64,000 bases of DNA from Spirochaetota bacterium (GTDB taxonomy: Bacteria > Spirochaetota > UBA6919 > CBDBPB01), in NCBI GenBank assembly GCA_965208615.1, contig CBDBPB010000004.1, positions 128,001-192,000 on the forward strand. The letters are read 5' to 3'. Shown piece by piece: positions 19,641-29,851 of the stretch (its first letter is position 1; every line of letters starts with the position of its first letter). The position numbers and the translations under genes are program-made. The notes under the pieces are model-generated. The model did no database searches and had not been told where the DNA came from. It worked only from the letters and a program-made list of their open reading frames with translations.

Positions 19641-20621
19641 ATGAAAACTAAACTCTTACTAATAATAACTATCCTATTATTTGCAACTAATAGCTATACA
19701 TATAACTGGGAAAAAGGAACTAAAATATTTAAACTCAATATGAGCATCCTAAATATAGAAAAAATATTAGTTAAACATAATCCATCACTCAAAGTCGCCC
19801 AAAACTACTATAGTAAAAACTTTTACTTTTTTACCGATAACAATATAATAAATAGCAGGTTCTATCATGATGACCCAAATATTAGTATTGGTTATAATAG
19901 CAATGAAATAAATAAATCCCTATCTGCAAAAATAACACTAAAAAGAGTGTTTGGCTATAAACTGGGTAAACTTAATTGGCTAACTAATAGTAAAGTACTC
20001 TCATCAGCTAATAAAACTCAACAATATAAATTAACCATCAATACTAAAAATGATAAACTGCATAAAAAAATTACTAATATACTTAAGAATAACTTATCAA
20101 AAAACAATATGACAAAAGAAGGCAACACCTTTATCATTGCTAGTATTAGTACAGCTAAGGCAAAAACAATAAAAAATAAAATCGAAAGCTTAAACAAAAA
20201 TATAACTATAAATATAGAACTAGACTTTAATCCTGAAATAGTTTATAGCTACCGTAGTTTTCCAATTGAAAAGTTTAACCCTTTAATTAACTCTATAGAG
20301 CTTGGTTTCATCGATAAAAGCCTGTTTAGGATTATGTATGAAATAAAACTATCACCACAACAATATAAGATCCTAAAGGAAAACCTTAATACTAATTATG
20401 CCAAATATAAAAAAACTATTAATAAAAATACAATCCACTATCAAAACGATAAGCAAAGTATTAAACTATTATCCAAACAGAATAATAATATCTATAACGT
20501 CCAACTTACCTATATACAAAAAGATAAACATAAACAACTAAAAGACTATAAACTTAAATCTAAAATAATGCTATCAAAGCTCATTAGGCATAGTAAATAC
20601 AAATACCTTAGCAAGTTCTAA
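19641..20621 (+). CDS. Hypothetical exported protein
   Basis: 326 aa ORF with signal-peptide-like N-terminus and upstream AAGGA; K/N/I rich. Confidence 0.6.
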   Translation: MKTKLLLIITILLFATNSYTYNWEKGTKIFKLNMSILNIEKILVKHNPSLKVAQNYYSKNFYFFTDNNIINSRFYHDDPNISIGYNSNEINKSLSAKITLKRVFGYKLGKLNWLTNSKVLSSANKTQQYKLTINTKNDKLHKKITNILKNNLSKNNMTKEGNTFIIASISTAKAKTIKNKIESLNKNITINIELDFNPEIVYSYRSFPIEKFNPLINSIELGFIDKSLFRIMYEIKLSPQQYKILKENLNTNYAKYKKTINKNTIHYQNDKQSIKLLSKQNNNIYNVQLTYIQKDKHKQLKDYKLKSKIMLSKLIRHSKYKYLSKF

Positions 20622-23272
20622 CCCAATAGACTAAGATTATCCCTTAGCTTATCCAAATTAATACTAAACTCCTTTAGCTTATCCTTTTCCTTTTGGATAA
20701 CTATATCCTTAGCTTTGTTTATAAAATCATTATTCTGGAGTTTTTTATTAGTTCTAGTGAGTTCTTTTTCGAGCTTATTTATTTCTTTTACAGTTCTATC
20801 CTTTTCTTTATCTATATCTATTACGCCTTTTAGAGGGATGTATAACTCATAACCACTACCAATACTATATGCACAACCAGAATCCATACTAAACTCGTCT
20901 CTAATGCTCATCGACTCTAACTTAGCAAGACTATTAATATATTCACTATGATTATTTAATAAAGTTATTACGTTGTTATCAGTGGCCTTTACAACAATAT
21001 TAACCCTTTTATCAGGAGGTATGTTCATCTCACCCCTTATATTACGAATGCTATAAACAATCTCCTTAATTATAGCCATGTTCTTTTCTGCAGTGTTATA
21101 TGAATATTCACTGTTCACCTTGGGATAACTGCTAACCATAATACTATCCCCATCATGGGATAGCTTTTGCCACACTTCCTCTGTGATAAAAGGCATAATA
21201 GGGTGTAAAAGCTTTAAACTCTCTGATAACACATATACCAAAATGGATAAACTATTCTCTTTCTCTTTAACAGACTCACCATACAGCTTAATTTTGGATA
21301 ATTCAATATACCAATCACAAAAATCATGCCAGATAAAGTCATAGAGAGCCATAGCAAAATCATTGAACCTATAAGAACTCAAATAATTATCAGACTTAAG
21401 AATTACATTATTTAAGCTGGTTAATATCCACTTATCAGCCAAGCTTAAACAGTCTTTATCAATAGGGTTTATACTATAATTCTTTATATTCATAAGTATA
21501 TACCTTGATGCATTCCATATCTTATTGGCAAACCTTGTACCCACTAAAAAGTCATTTTCTTTATCAGAAAAGGATAACTTAATATCAAGTCCCATAGGAG
21601 ATAAACTGGTAATAGTAAACCTAAGAGCATCTGCACCATGCTTATTTATTACTTTTAGTGGATCTATACCGTTACCCAATGACTTACTCATTTTTCTACC
21701 CAGCTTATCCCTCACCGTTGAATGAAGGTATACCTCAGAATATGGTATATCATCCATAAAGTACAGCCCAGCCATAATCATTCTGGCAACCCAAAAGAAT
21801 AATATCTCCGGAGCAGTGGATAAAACATTAGTAGGATAAAAATAACTAAGCTCCTTAGTCTTGTCAGGCCAACCCATAGTAGAAAAAGGCCACAACATAG
21901 ACGAAAACCATGTATCCAATACATCATTATCCTGTTCCAAAGGGCAATTACACTTGGGACAGCTATTAGGATCCTCTCTGGTAACTATAATCTCATTACA
22001 ATTAGTACAAGTCCAAACTGGTATTCTATGTCCCCACCATATCTGCCTACTAATACACCAATCCTCTATGTTGTCCATCCAGTGTATATATACCTTTTTA
22101 TGCTTAGACGGATAAAAACGTATTTCATTATTCTCAACAACCTCCTTAGCCTTTTTAGCAAGGGGTTTCATCTTTACAAACCACTGATCAGATAAATAAG
22201 GCTCCACCATTGTGGAACATCTATAACAATGTCCAACATTATGTATGTGATCAATCTTTTTAATAAATAGTCCCTGGTTAATAAGATCATTAACAACCTT
22301 CTTTCTGCACTCAAAGCGGTCTAAGCCCTTATAGTTATTCCCTGCATCCTCACTCATAGTGCCATTGGGGTTCATTATATTAATCTGTTTTAGATTATGC
22401 CTCTTAGCAATTAAAAAATCATTGGGATCATGAGCTGGAGTAACCTTAACAGCACCAGTACCAAAATCCATCTTACTATGCCTATCAGCTATTATAGGTA
22501 TCTCTCTGTTTACCAGTGGGAGTATTAAGGTTTTACCTATAAGATGTTTATACCTATTATCATTGGGATTAACAGCTACAGCGGTATCCCCAAGCATAGT
22601 CTCTGGACGAGTAGTAGCAATCTCAATATATTTATCGCTATTTTTGATCATATATTTTATGTGATAAAAAAAGCCGCTTATAGACTCATAATCAACCTCT
22701 TCGTTGCTAAGAGCTGTCCCACACCTCGGACACCAATTTACTATATACTTACCCTTATATATTAATCCATCCTCATATAAGCGTACAAACACCTCTCTTA
22801 CAGCTTTAGACAGTCCAGGATCCATTGTAAACCGTTCTCTATCCCAATCGCAGGAACATCCCATAGCTTTTAGCTGATTTATAATTATACTACCATATTG
22901 TTCTTTCCACTTCCAGACTTCTTTTATGAAGTCCTCTCTTGTGTAGTCGTGTCTGGACTTATTCTTAGCGGATAATTCTTTCTCTACCACGTTTTGAGTG
23001 GCTATACCCGCATGATCAGTACCAGGCATCCAAAGAGTATTATAACCCTGCATTCTTTTCCAGCGGATTAGTATATCCTGTATGGTATTATTTAGACCAT
23101 GTCCCATGTGTAAATGAGAGGTTATATTAGGTGGAGGTATAACAATGGTAAACGGCTCTATCTTATTATTAGGACTGGCATTAAAATAACCTTTCTTTTC
23201 CCAAAAGCTAAACCATTTTTGTTCAAAGTCTTTTGGATTATAAATCTTAGGCAGTTCAGACACTATAAACAC
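20618..23272 (-). CDS. valS: Valine--tRNA ligase
   Basis: PPPNITSHLHMGH, PGTDHAGIATQ, TTRPET, KMSKS, C-terminal coiled coil. Confidence 0.98.
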   Translation of the reverse strand: MFIVSELPKIYNPKDFEQKWFSFWEKKGYFNASPNNKIEPFTIVIPPPNITSHLHMGHGLNNTIQDILIRWKRMQGYNTLWMPGTDHAGIATQNVVEKELSAKNKSRHDYTREDFIKEVWKWKEQYGSIIINQLKAMGCSCDWDRERFTMDPGLSKAVREVFVRLYEDGLIYKGKYIVNWCPRCGTALSNEEVDYESISGFFYHIKYMIKNSDKYIEIATTRPETMLGDTAVAVNPNDNRYKHLIGKTLILPLVNREIPIIADRHSKMDFGTGAVKVTPAHDPNDFLIAKRHNLKQINIMNPNGTMSEDAGNNYKGLDRFECRKKVVNDLINQGLFIKKIDHIHNVGHCYRCSTMVEPYLSDQWFVKMKPLAKKAKEVVENNEIRFYPSKHKKVYIHWMDNIEDWCISRQIWWGHRIPVWTCTNCNEIIVTREDPNSCPKCNCPLEQDNDVLDTWFSSMLWPFSTMGWPDKTKELSYFYPTNVLSTAPEILFFWVARMIMAGLYFMDDIPYSEVYLHSTVRDKLGRKMSKSLGNGIDPLKVINKHGADALRFTITSLSPMGLDIKLSFSDKENDFLVGTRFANKIWNASRYILMNIKNYSINPIDKDCLSLADKWILTSLNNVILKSDNYLSSYRFNDFAMALYDFIWHDFCDWYIELSKIKLYGESVKEKENSLSILVYVLSESLKLLHPIMPFITEEVWQKLSHDGDSIMVSSYPKVNSEYSYNTAEKNMAIIKEIVYSIRNIRGEMNIPPDKRVNIVVKATDNNVITLLNNHSEYINSLAKLESMSIRDEFSMDSGCAYSIGSGYELYIPLKGVIDIDKEKDRTVKEINKLEKELTRTNKKLQNNDFINKAKDIVIQKEKDKLKEFSINLDKLRDNLSLLG

Positions 23273-23505
23273 CTCATTATTTTATAGGGATTTAGTTGTT
23301 TTGGGGTTATATTTACGGCTAACTATTATCTATCTTTCAAAATAACAGTTAAATATACTGGTTTATAATTTAGTAAAAAAAACATTAAGGGTGGACTATT
23401 TTTTTTTATATTTTAGCTTTCTTATCCAAAATATAGATGTTAATGATAGTTCTAATGCCTGCAAGCCAAACATAACTATGATAAAAATAATAAGTTAATA
23501 TAAAA

Positions 23506-23576
23506 AAAGCTAAGAAGTTAACTTCTTAGCTTTAACTGTCATAAACAGCCCTAGCTCTAACTAGGGAACTGTTTAT
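23506..23576 (-). terminator. Double hairpin / terminator after the Cys-rich lipoprotein gene
   Basis: Perfect 28-bp palindrome AAAGCTAAGAAGTTAACTTCTTAGCTTT (23506-23533) next to an A-tract, plus a bulged hairpin ATAAACAG-CCCTAG...CTAGGG-AA-CTGTTTAT (23541-23576). Confidence 0.7.
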
Positions 23577-23579
23577 TTA

Positions 23580-25082
23580 TTAATTTGTGTCATCATCTTT
23601 TTTACACTCTTCAGCCTCTTCAGACGTATTAATCCAACTAATAGCTTCATAACCTCCTGTTTCACATTCTTTAGCACTCTTTCCACATCTTATAAGCTTA
23701 TGGGTTCTCCTGTCGGTAATTTTACATAGTTTATCACCAGGAGTACATTGGCTAGGACCCCAATGACTACTAGTATAGTTAGGTTTTTTTCCTTCTTCAT
23801 CACAATCCTCTTCAGTCTTAAAATCACATGTCCTGCTCACATAAGAGGGCTTACCTCCTAATTTAATATCTTTATCCAACTGACACAATTTCGTTTCAGC
23901 TGTTTCAGACTCTTCACATTTAGTATCCACAACCCACTCAGCTTTACTAGCACTAGTTTTTTTAATAGATCCATCATCATTACGATCTATAATTTCACTA
24001 AATTTATTAGTGTTACAATCTGAGTTTGCTTCGACTGTACTATCACATGTAATTTTAGATTTCTTAGCAATCACTTTAGCCTCAGGCTTATTACTATCGA
24101 TAATAGTTTCAGTCAGTTTTGTAACCTTACATATATGTTTTATTGGAATACACGTATTTGAACCCGTCAACCATTTAATTGTTCGTGGATTACCTTGCTT
24201 CTTATTATCATTAACCTTTTTCTCAAAAACTGATCTTGGTATTTTTAGACATTCTACATTTTTAGTGGCACCCGTTTCAACACTAACTACATTCTCACCA
24301 TCTCTACAAACTACCCCTCCCCACTTAACTTCAACGCCAGTTCCAGGACCATCCGTATTCTTAGCATTACAAGCGGCTTGAGTTATATAATTGTCAATAC
24401 CCCTTTTCCCACATGCCGTAGTAACATCAGTAATTTTACCACTAGCATCCTTAGTCGCAGTAATAGTCCTACATAATCCAATCTCCACAGTCTCTACTTT
24501 ACAAGCAGCTCTATCAACCCATTTATTACTACTAGTACAGGCTGATTTTGTTACGTCAGTATTACATTTAGTGGTAACTTTTCTCTTTAGGGGCGAATTG
24601 CCAATATCATTAGTAGTAGAACTCTCACATGCTCTCTCAGCAGTCACTGGGCTAGGACATGTAGCAGACTTAACAACCCATTCCTTATCTTCACCAGTAC
24701 ATGTTGATTTTAGTGTGCTCTCACATTCAGTATTGATTGTTGTCTGACCCACTTTAGTATTATCTTCAGTTCTAATCAGACATTCTTTAGGACCTTTTAT
24801 ACACTTACTTGCTTCAACCAACTTAGCTTCAGCATTAGGAGCCTTACCCTTAGCAGTACAAGCGGCTTCATCAGCTACCTCTTCACATGTTGTTGTAACA
24901 TCAGTAATTTCACCATTAGCATTCTTAGTCGCAGTATCAATCTCACATAGTTGTGTTGCAGGGGCAGGTTTCTTATTTCCAGAACCAAGGACTTCGTTCA
25001 CCTGATCCTCCCCACAGCCTTTAGCCCCTATTGAAATAAAAAAAACCATAGCTGATAACAGTACAATTAATAGTTTTCCCAT
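23580..25082 (-). CDS. Cys-rich repeat lipoprotein of unknown function
   Basis: Hydrophobic signal ending AKGC-GED; repeated 4-Cys/Trp modules; AGGAG upstream. Confidence 0.8.
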   Translation of the reverse strand: MGKLLIVLLSAMVFFISIGAKGCGEDQVNEVLGSGNKKPAPATQLCEIDTATKNANGEITDVTTTCEEVADEAACTAKGKAPNAEAKLVEASKCIKGPKECLIRTEDNTKVGQTTINTECESTLKSTCTGEDKEWVVKSATCPSPVTAERACESSTTNDIGNSPLKRKVTTKCNTDVTKSACTSSNKWVDRAACKVETVEIGLCRTITATKDASGKITDVTTACGKRGIDNYITQAACNAKNTDGPGTGVEVKWGGVVCRDGENVVSVETGATKNVECLKIPRSVFEKKVNDNKKQGNPRTIKWLTGSNTCIPIKHICKVTKLTETIIDSNKPEAKVIAKKSKITCDSTVEANSDCNTNKFSEIIDRNDDGSIKKTSASKAEWVVDTKCEESETAETKLCQLDKDIKLGGKPSYVSRTCDFKTEEDCDEEGKKPNYTSSHWGPSQCTPGDKLCKITDRRTHKLIRCGKSAKECETGGYEAISWINTSEEAEECKKDDDTN

Positions 25083-25447
25083 ATTTACTCTCCTTAATTT
25101 AATATAAAATTTAAAATTTAGTGCAAAACACTATACTTTATTATAACTATTAATTTATAAATAACCAAATAAAAAGTCAATTTTTACTTAAAACTTTTTA
25201 AGCTATATAAAATATACAAAACAAAACCTTATAGGGTAGACTTATTACCTGAACTATATTTAGAGTATTAGAGTAACAAAAAACAGAAGGTTATTAATGG
25301 TTTTAACAGATATTGTTATAAATTATTCAGCGGGTTATTATAAAAACGTTCTAAGGCGGTTTAGAACTTCTAAGTTTTTAGTATCAGGATATAAAGTTTA
25401 CTCTAATTTATACATACTTGTACAGTGCATATAGTAAAATAACGTTT

Positions 25448-25560
25448 GCTGAGGCTAAAATTATATACTTATTAAGTCTTAAAGCATTTGCCTTTCCATA
25501 AAGACATATAGCAGATTAATAGAATATTATATGTTGGTGTTATCCATAAAACTTTTGAAG
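25448..25560 (+). repeat. Decayed relic of the dispersed element (3' part of the inner module)
   Basis: GCTGAGGCTAAAATTATATACTTATTAAGTCTTAAAGCATTTGCCTTTCCATAAAGACATATAGCAGATT aligns with element ACTGAGACTAAGAATTATAGACCTTTATTAAGTGATAACGGATTTGCCGTTCCATAAAGCTATAGAGCAGATT. Confidence 0.8.
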
Positions 25561-25623
25561 GCTGTCTGTAATACTTTATAACATAATATGTAACTTAAGC
25601 AATATAAAAAATAACCCAATATT

Positions 25624-26807
25624 GTTAGTAATTGTTCTAATGGTATAGACCAAAAGTATTTTAAGTTAGAGTTAATAGCAAGCTGGTTTTAGCTAATACG
25701 ATGATTTTAAAGAAAAACATTGCTGATAGTATTAAAGAGGGGCTATTTATAATGCTTATAACTCAAGGATAACGGCTTCTCATAAAGTTGAGGTTGTTGA
25801 CTATGGGAATACATATAAACATGTACGTTTAGACTTTGAATTAGGGTTTATAATTGTTCTAGAGGTGTATACCAAAAGTATTTTAAGTTAGAGTTAATAG
25901 CAAGCTGGTTTTAGCTAATACGATGATTTTAAAGAAAAACATTGCTGATAGTATTAAAGAGGGGCTATTTATAATGCTTATAACTCAAGGATAACGGCTT
26001 CTCATAAAGTTGAGGTTGTTGACTATGGAAATACATATAAACATGTACGTTTAGACTTTGAATTAGGGTTTATAATTGTTCTAGAGGTGTAGACCAAAAG
26101 TATTTTAAGATAGAGTTAATAGCAAGCTGGTTTTAGCTAATACGATGATTTTCAAGAAAAACATTGCTGATAGTATTAAAGAGGGGCTATTTATAATGCT
26201 TATAACTCAAGGATAACGGCTTCTCATAAAGTTGAGGTTGTTGACTATGGAAATACGTATAAACATGTACGTTTAGACTTTGAATTAGGGTTTATAATTG
26301 TTCTAGAGGTGTAGACCAAAAGTATTTTAAGATAGAGTTAATAGCAAGCTGGTTTTAGCTAATACGATGATTTTCAAGAAAAACATTGCTGATAGTATTA
26401 AAGAGGGGCTATTTATAATGCTTATAACTCAAGGATAACGGCTTCTCATAAAGTTGAGGTTGTTGACTATGGGAATACATATAAACATGTACGTTTAGAC
26501 TTTGAATTAGGGTTTATAATTGTTCTAGAGGTGTAGACCAAAAGTATTTTAAGTTAGAGTTAATAGCAAGCTGGTTTTAGCTAATACGATGATTTTCAAG
26601 AAAAACATTGCTGATAGTATTAAAGAGGGGCTATTTATAATGCTTATAACTCAAGGATAACGGCTTCTCATAAAGTTGAGGTTGTTGACTATGGAAATAC
26701 GTATAAACATGTACGTTTAGACTTTGAATTAGGGTTTATAATTGTTCTAGAGGTGTAGACCAAAAGTATTTTAAGTTAGTTTATCTTTTTAAACTTCCTA
26801 AAGTGCA
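25624..26807 (+). repeat. Tandem array B: 5 x 222-bp units followed by one 74-bp unit
   Basis: TAATTGTTCT recurs at 25629, 25851, 26073, 26295, 26517 and 26739 (period 222); the first ~46 bp match the array A core; the last unit (26734-26807) is the array A 74-mer. Confidence 0.98.
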
Positions 26808-27456
26808 GATAAAATCTATTTAGTAATTGTGTTGTAATAATTTTTTATCTAAAAGATATAATAATTAGTAGCACATAGGCAAACATAATAAGAAGGTATT
26901 TTTTGTGATAATTTAGGTTATTTAAAGGGATATTATTTAATAATTCAGTTATCATTTTATGATAGAATTATGACTAGTCATACAAGGTAAAAAGGCAAGA
27001 CATATAACGTAAAGGGAAGTGAATTCCAGATTTCTTTATGGAACAGGAAAGTTAAGATATTTATGAAAAAGTTATTTTCTTGTGTCAAGCAGGTTATCCC
27101 TTTATGCTCTTTAAGTGCTGTTTAAATGCCTTAGCAATGAACACAAAATATCACTTTTTATGCAAGTAGTCATCACTACGAGAGCTATTAAGAATCCCTT
27201 ACTGAGACTAAGAATTATAGACCTTTATTAAGTGATAACGGATTTGCCGTTCCATAAAGCTATAGAGCAGATTATTTAAATATCACATATTGACTTTATA
27301 TGTAATACTTCAAAAAGTATACCTAATCCTCTATGGGTAAATAACAAACAAAAAATAATCTACATAAAACCTCTTTACAATAAAAAACTAAAACCTTCAC
27401 TAACAAAATGCCTGATAGAACGTTTTTTGTTATATTTGCTAAAACGTTTGTTAACA
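26808..27456 (+). repeat. Dispersed non-coding element, copy B body; 304-bp inner module at 27000-27303
   Basis: Near-identical to copies A and D; downstream part shared with copy C up to GCTAAAACGTTTGTTAAC. Confidence 0.93.
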
Positions 27457-27462
27457 ACAATG

Positions 27463-27490
27463 TTGAAAAATTAACTTGTTTTGTTATAAT
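27463..27490 (+). promoter_or_regulatory. Sigma70-type promoter for the DUF1385 gene
   Basis: TTGAAA-16 nt-TATAAT with extended TG. Confidence 0.55.
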
Positions 27491-27494
27491 ATAC

Positions 27495-27542
27495 ATTAAA
27501 TACTTTATTCAATCTAAAATTAAATACTTTATTCAATCTAAA
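27495..27542 (+). repeat. Perfect 24-bp tandem duplication in the 5' UTR
   Basis: ATTAAATACTTTATTCAATCTAAA twice, immediately before the AGGGG RBS. Confidence 0.9.
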
Positions 27543-27555
27543 AGGGGATAGTAAT

Positions 27556-28545
27556 TTGAAAAAAAATGAAATAAATGTTGGCGGACAGGCTCTAATAGAA
27601 GGCGTCATGATGAGAGGTAAAGATGACTACTTTCTTGCACTATTAAAAGAATCCGGAGAAATAAAGGTCATTCATAAAAAAATTAAGTCTATTACAAAAA
27701 AATATAAATTTCTAAAGCTACCATTCTTTAGAGGTATAATAGCCCTATTCCAAAACCTAACCATAGGTATGAAAAGCTTAACCTTATCCGCAAATGAAGC
27801 TCTACCAGAAAAAGATAAAATAAAATCTAAAAAAACAGAAGGTATAACCATCTTCTTTATGGTATTTTTATCCATCGTATTTGGAATGGGTATATTCGTT
27901 GCCATACCAAATATAGTAATAGAGGTAATGGGTGTAAAAGAGACAGCTGAACCTATGCTATTCCACCTTATATCTGGTTTATTAAGGCTTATTATGTTTG
28001 TATTATATGTTTATGGCATATCCCTAATGAAAGACATAAAAAGAGTATTTCAGTTCCACGGTGCAGAACATAAAGCCGTTAACGCATACGAGGCAAATAA
28101 AGAACTAAACCTAAATAATGCTAAAGAATGTAGCACTTATCACCCTAGATGCGGTACCTCATTTTTATTTTTCGTTTTTTTTATTTCAATATTCATATTT
28201 TCACTCGTACCAATAGCTTTACTATGGCTATTCCCATGGTTTGAACCACTACATATTATATTCCAAAAAATCATCTTAATAGGAAGTCATATAGTTCTTT
28301 TGCCTGTGGTAGCGTCAATCTCTTATGAGCTAATAAAACTAGCCTTTAAAAAACAAGATAATCCAATACTAAAAGCCATGAACCTACCAGGCTACTACAT
28401 ACAAAAATTAACCACTAAAGAACCAGATGATAAACAAATAGAAGTTGCTCTTACTGCCTTAAAAGAAGTTGTAAAACTAATTAGTCCTGAGTCTAATAAA
28501 GAACTAAATAATATAGTAGACCCTAAACCTGCTATGGTAAACTAA
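27556..28545 (+). CDS. DUF1385 domain membrane protein
   Basis: VGGQALIEGVMMR, RVFQFHGAEHK, HPRCGTSF, TTKEPDDKQIEVA; TTG start. Confidence 0.92.
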   Translation: MKKNEINVGGQALIEGVMMRGKDDYFLALLKESGEIKVIHKKIKSITKKYKFLKLPFFRGIIALFQNLTIGMKSLTLSANEALPEKDKIKSKKTEGITIFFMVFLSIVFGMGIFVAIPNIVIEVMGVKETAEPMLFHLISGLLRLIMFVLYVYGISLMKDIKRVFQFHGAEHKAVNAYEANKELNLNNAKECSTYHPRCGTSFLFFVFFISIFIFSLVPIALLWLFPWFEPLHIIFQKIILIGSHIVLLPVVASISYELIKLAFKKQDNPILKAMNLPGYYIQKLTTKEPDDKQIEVALTALKEVVKLISPESNKELNNIVDPKPAMVN

Positions 28546-28552
28546 TACAACT

Positions 28553-29338
28553 TTATGCCAAATGTTTATGAGCCATATCTACTATTAGTTTAAAGTCTAT
28601 GTTAACAGGGGGTTTTTGATCAGTTAAATAAATAAGAAACTCTATATTACCTTTAGGACCCTTTATAGGAGAGTGTATAGCCGAATAAGTATACAATCCC
28701 AATGAGTTAGCGTATATGTTAACCTTTTCTAAAGCATTAATATGATAAATAGACTGCTTAACTATACCCTTAAAGTTGCTTATGTCTTGTCCTACCTCAA
28801 ACTGAGGCTTAACTAAGGCAATAATTCTTTTATCGTAAATAGAGTTAAAAATAGGCTCTAACACCTTAGTCAGGGATATAAATGAAACATCAACCACTGC
28901 TAATTGTATTGGATGATTAAACATATCCCCAGTAAGGTTTTTAGCGTTAACCTTTTCTAAAACAATAACCCTAGGATGAACCCTAAACTTATAATCTATT
29001 TGATTGAATCCAACATCTATTGAGTAGACTAATCTTGCCCCATTCTGAATTAGACAATCGGTAAATCCACCAGTAGATGAACCTATATCAACGGTAACAA
29101 GATTTTTAACGTCTAAAGAAAAATAGCTTAATGCTTGCTCTAGTTTATATCCCCCTCTACTAACATACTTTTTAACACTTCTAAAGCGGATATTAACACT
29201 ATCATCGACTTTAATACCAGGTTTTGTTATAACTCTATTATTTACAATAACATCACCAGCAAGTATATGGCCTTTAGCTTTTTCGCGGGAGTTAACTATA
29301 TTACGTAGTACTAAAAGACTATCCAGTCTAAACTTCAT
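28553..29338 (-). CDS. tlyA: TlyA family rRNA 2'-O-methyltransferase
   Basis: S4 domain RLDSLL, YVSRGGYKL, DIGSSTGGFTD, DVSFISL, VKPQFE, SPIKGPKGNIEFL. Confidence 0.95.
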   Translation of the reverse strand: MKFRLDSLLVLRNIVNSREKAKGHILAGDVIVNNRVITKPGIKVDDSVNIRFRSVKKYVSRGGYKLEQALSYFSLDVKNLVTVDIGSSTGGFTDCLIQNGARLVYSIDVGFNQIDYKFRVHPRVIVLEKVNAKNLTGDMFNHPIQLAVVDVSFISLTKVLEPIFNSIYDKRIIALVKPQFEVGQDISNFKGIVKQSIYHINALEKVNIYANSLGLYTYSAIHSPIKGPKGNIEFLIYLTDQKPPVNIDFKLIVDMAHKHLA

Positions 29339-29458
29339 TAATCATTATGTTAATATATCTATAGTTCATGTTTTATTGTTTCTCTTGGCATGGAAGTTAA
29401 TATATTGGATTATTTAACATAGATAGATTAGTTATTATATAGCATAATTAGTTAAAAC

Positions 29459-29671
29459 TTATCCTAAAATTGTAACATCTTGAGCCTGAGGCCCTTTTTT
29501 ACCTTCTGATACCGAGAACTCTACACGTTGCCCTTCTTCTAATGTACGAAAGCCATCACCTCTTATTCCACTATAGTGAACAAAAATATCCTTGCCTTCA
29601 TCTCTAACTATAAAGCCATAGCCCTTTGTTGCGTTAAACCACTTGACAGTCCCTGCTTCACGTTCTGTCAT
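29459..29671 (-). CDS. Cold-shock protein (CspA family)
   Basis: [29 protein letters not shown]; GGAGG RBS. Confidence 0.97.
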   Translation of the reverse strand: MTEREAGTVKWFNATKGYGFIVRDEGKDIFVHYSGIRGDGFRTLEEGQRVEFSVSEGKKGPQAQDVTILG

Positions 29672-29758
29672 TTGTATACCTCCAAAAAAAGAAAAAAATT
29701 ACCTTTGGCAAAAGTCTTAGAAAAGCGTTTATGTTAAGATGAGTGCCAAATTGATCAA

Positions 29759-29787
29759 AGTATAGTATAAACTTCTTAACTTGTCAA
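29759..29787 (-). promoter_or_regulatory. Sigma70-type promoter of the csp gene
   Basis: Minus strand TTGACA-17 nt-TATACT, ~90 bp upstream of the start codon. Confidence 0.7.
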
Positions 29788-29851
29788 GCTAAATTTATTT
29801 ATACTATAACATTTTATACGCCTCTATATTATAAAACTAGACTATATAGTA

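Noticed and set aside
23273-23505. T-box leaders upstream of valS and ileS
   Set aside because: No T-box consensus (AANNAGGGTGGTACCRCG) with matching antiterminator; TAAGGGTGGA at ~23386 is on the wrong strand for valS.
25670-25845. Protein-like reading of the 222-bp unit (MILKKNIADSIKEG... / ...HKVEVVDYGNTYKHVRLDFELG)
   Set aside because: It needs a frameshift and has stops in each unit, and the same segment has a homologue in the 169-bp unit whose length is not a multiple of 3. A 23-aa micro-ORF cannot be excluded but has no support.
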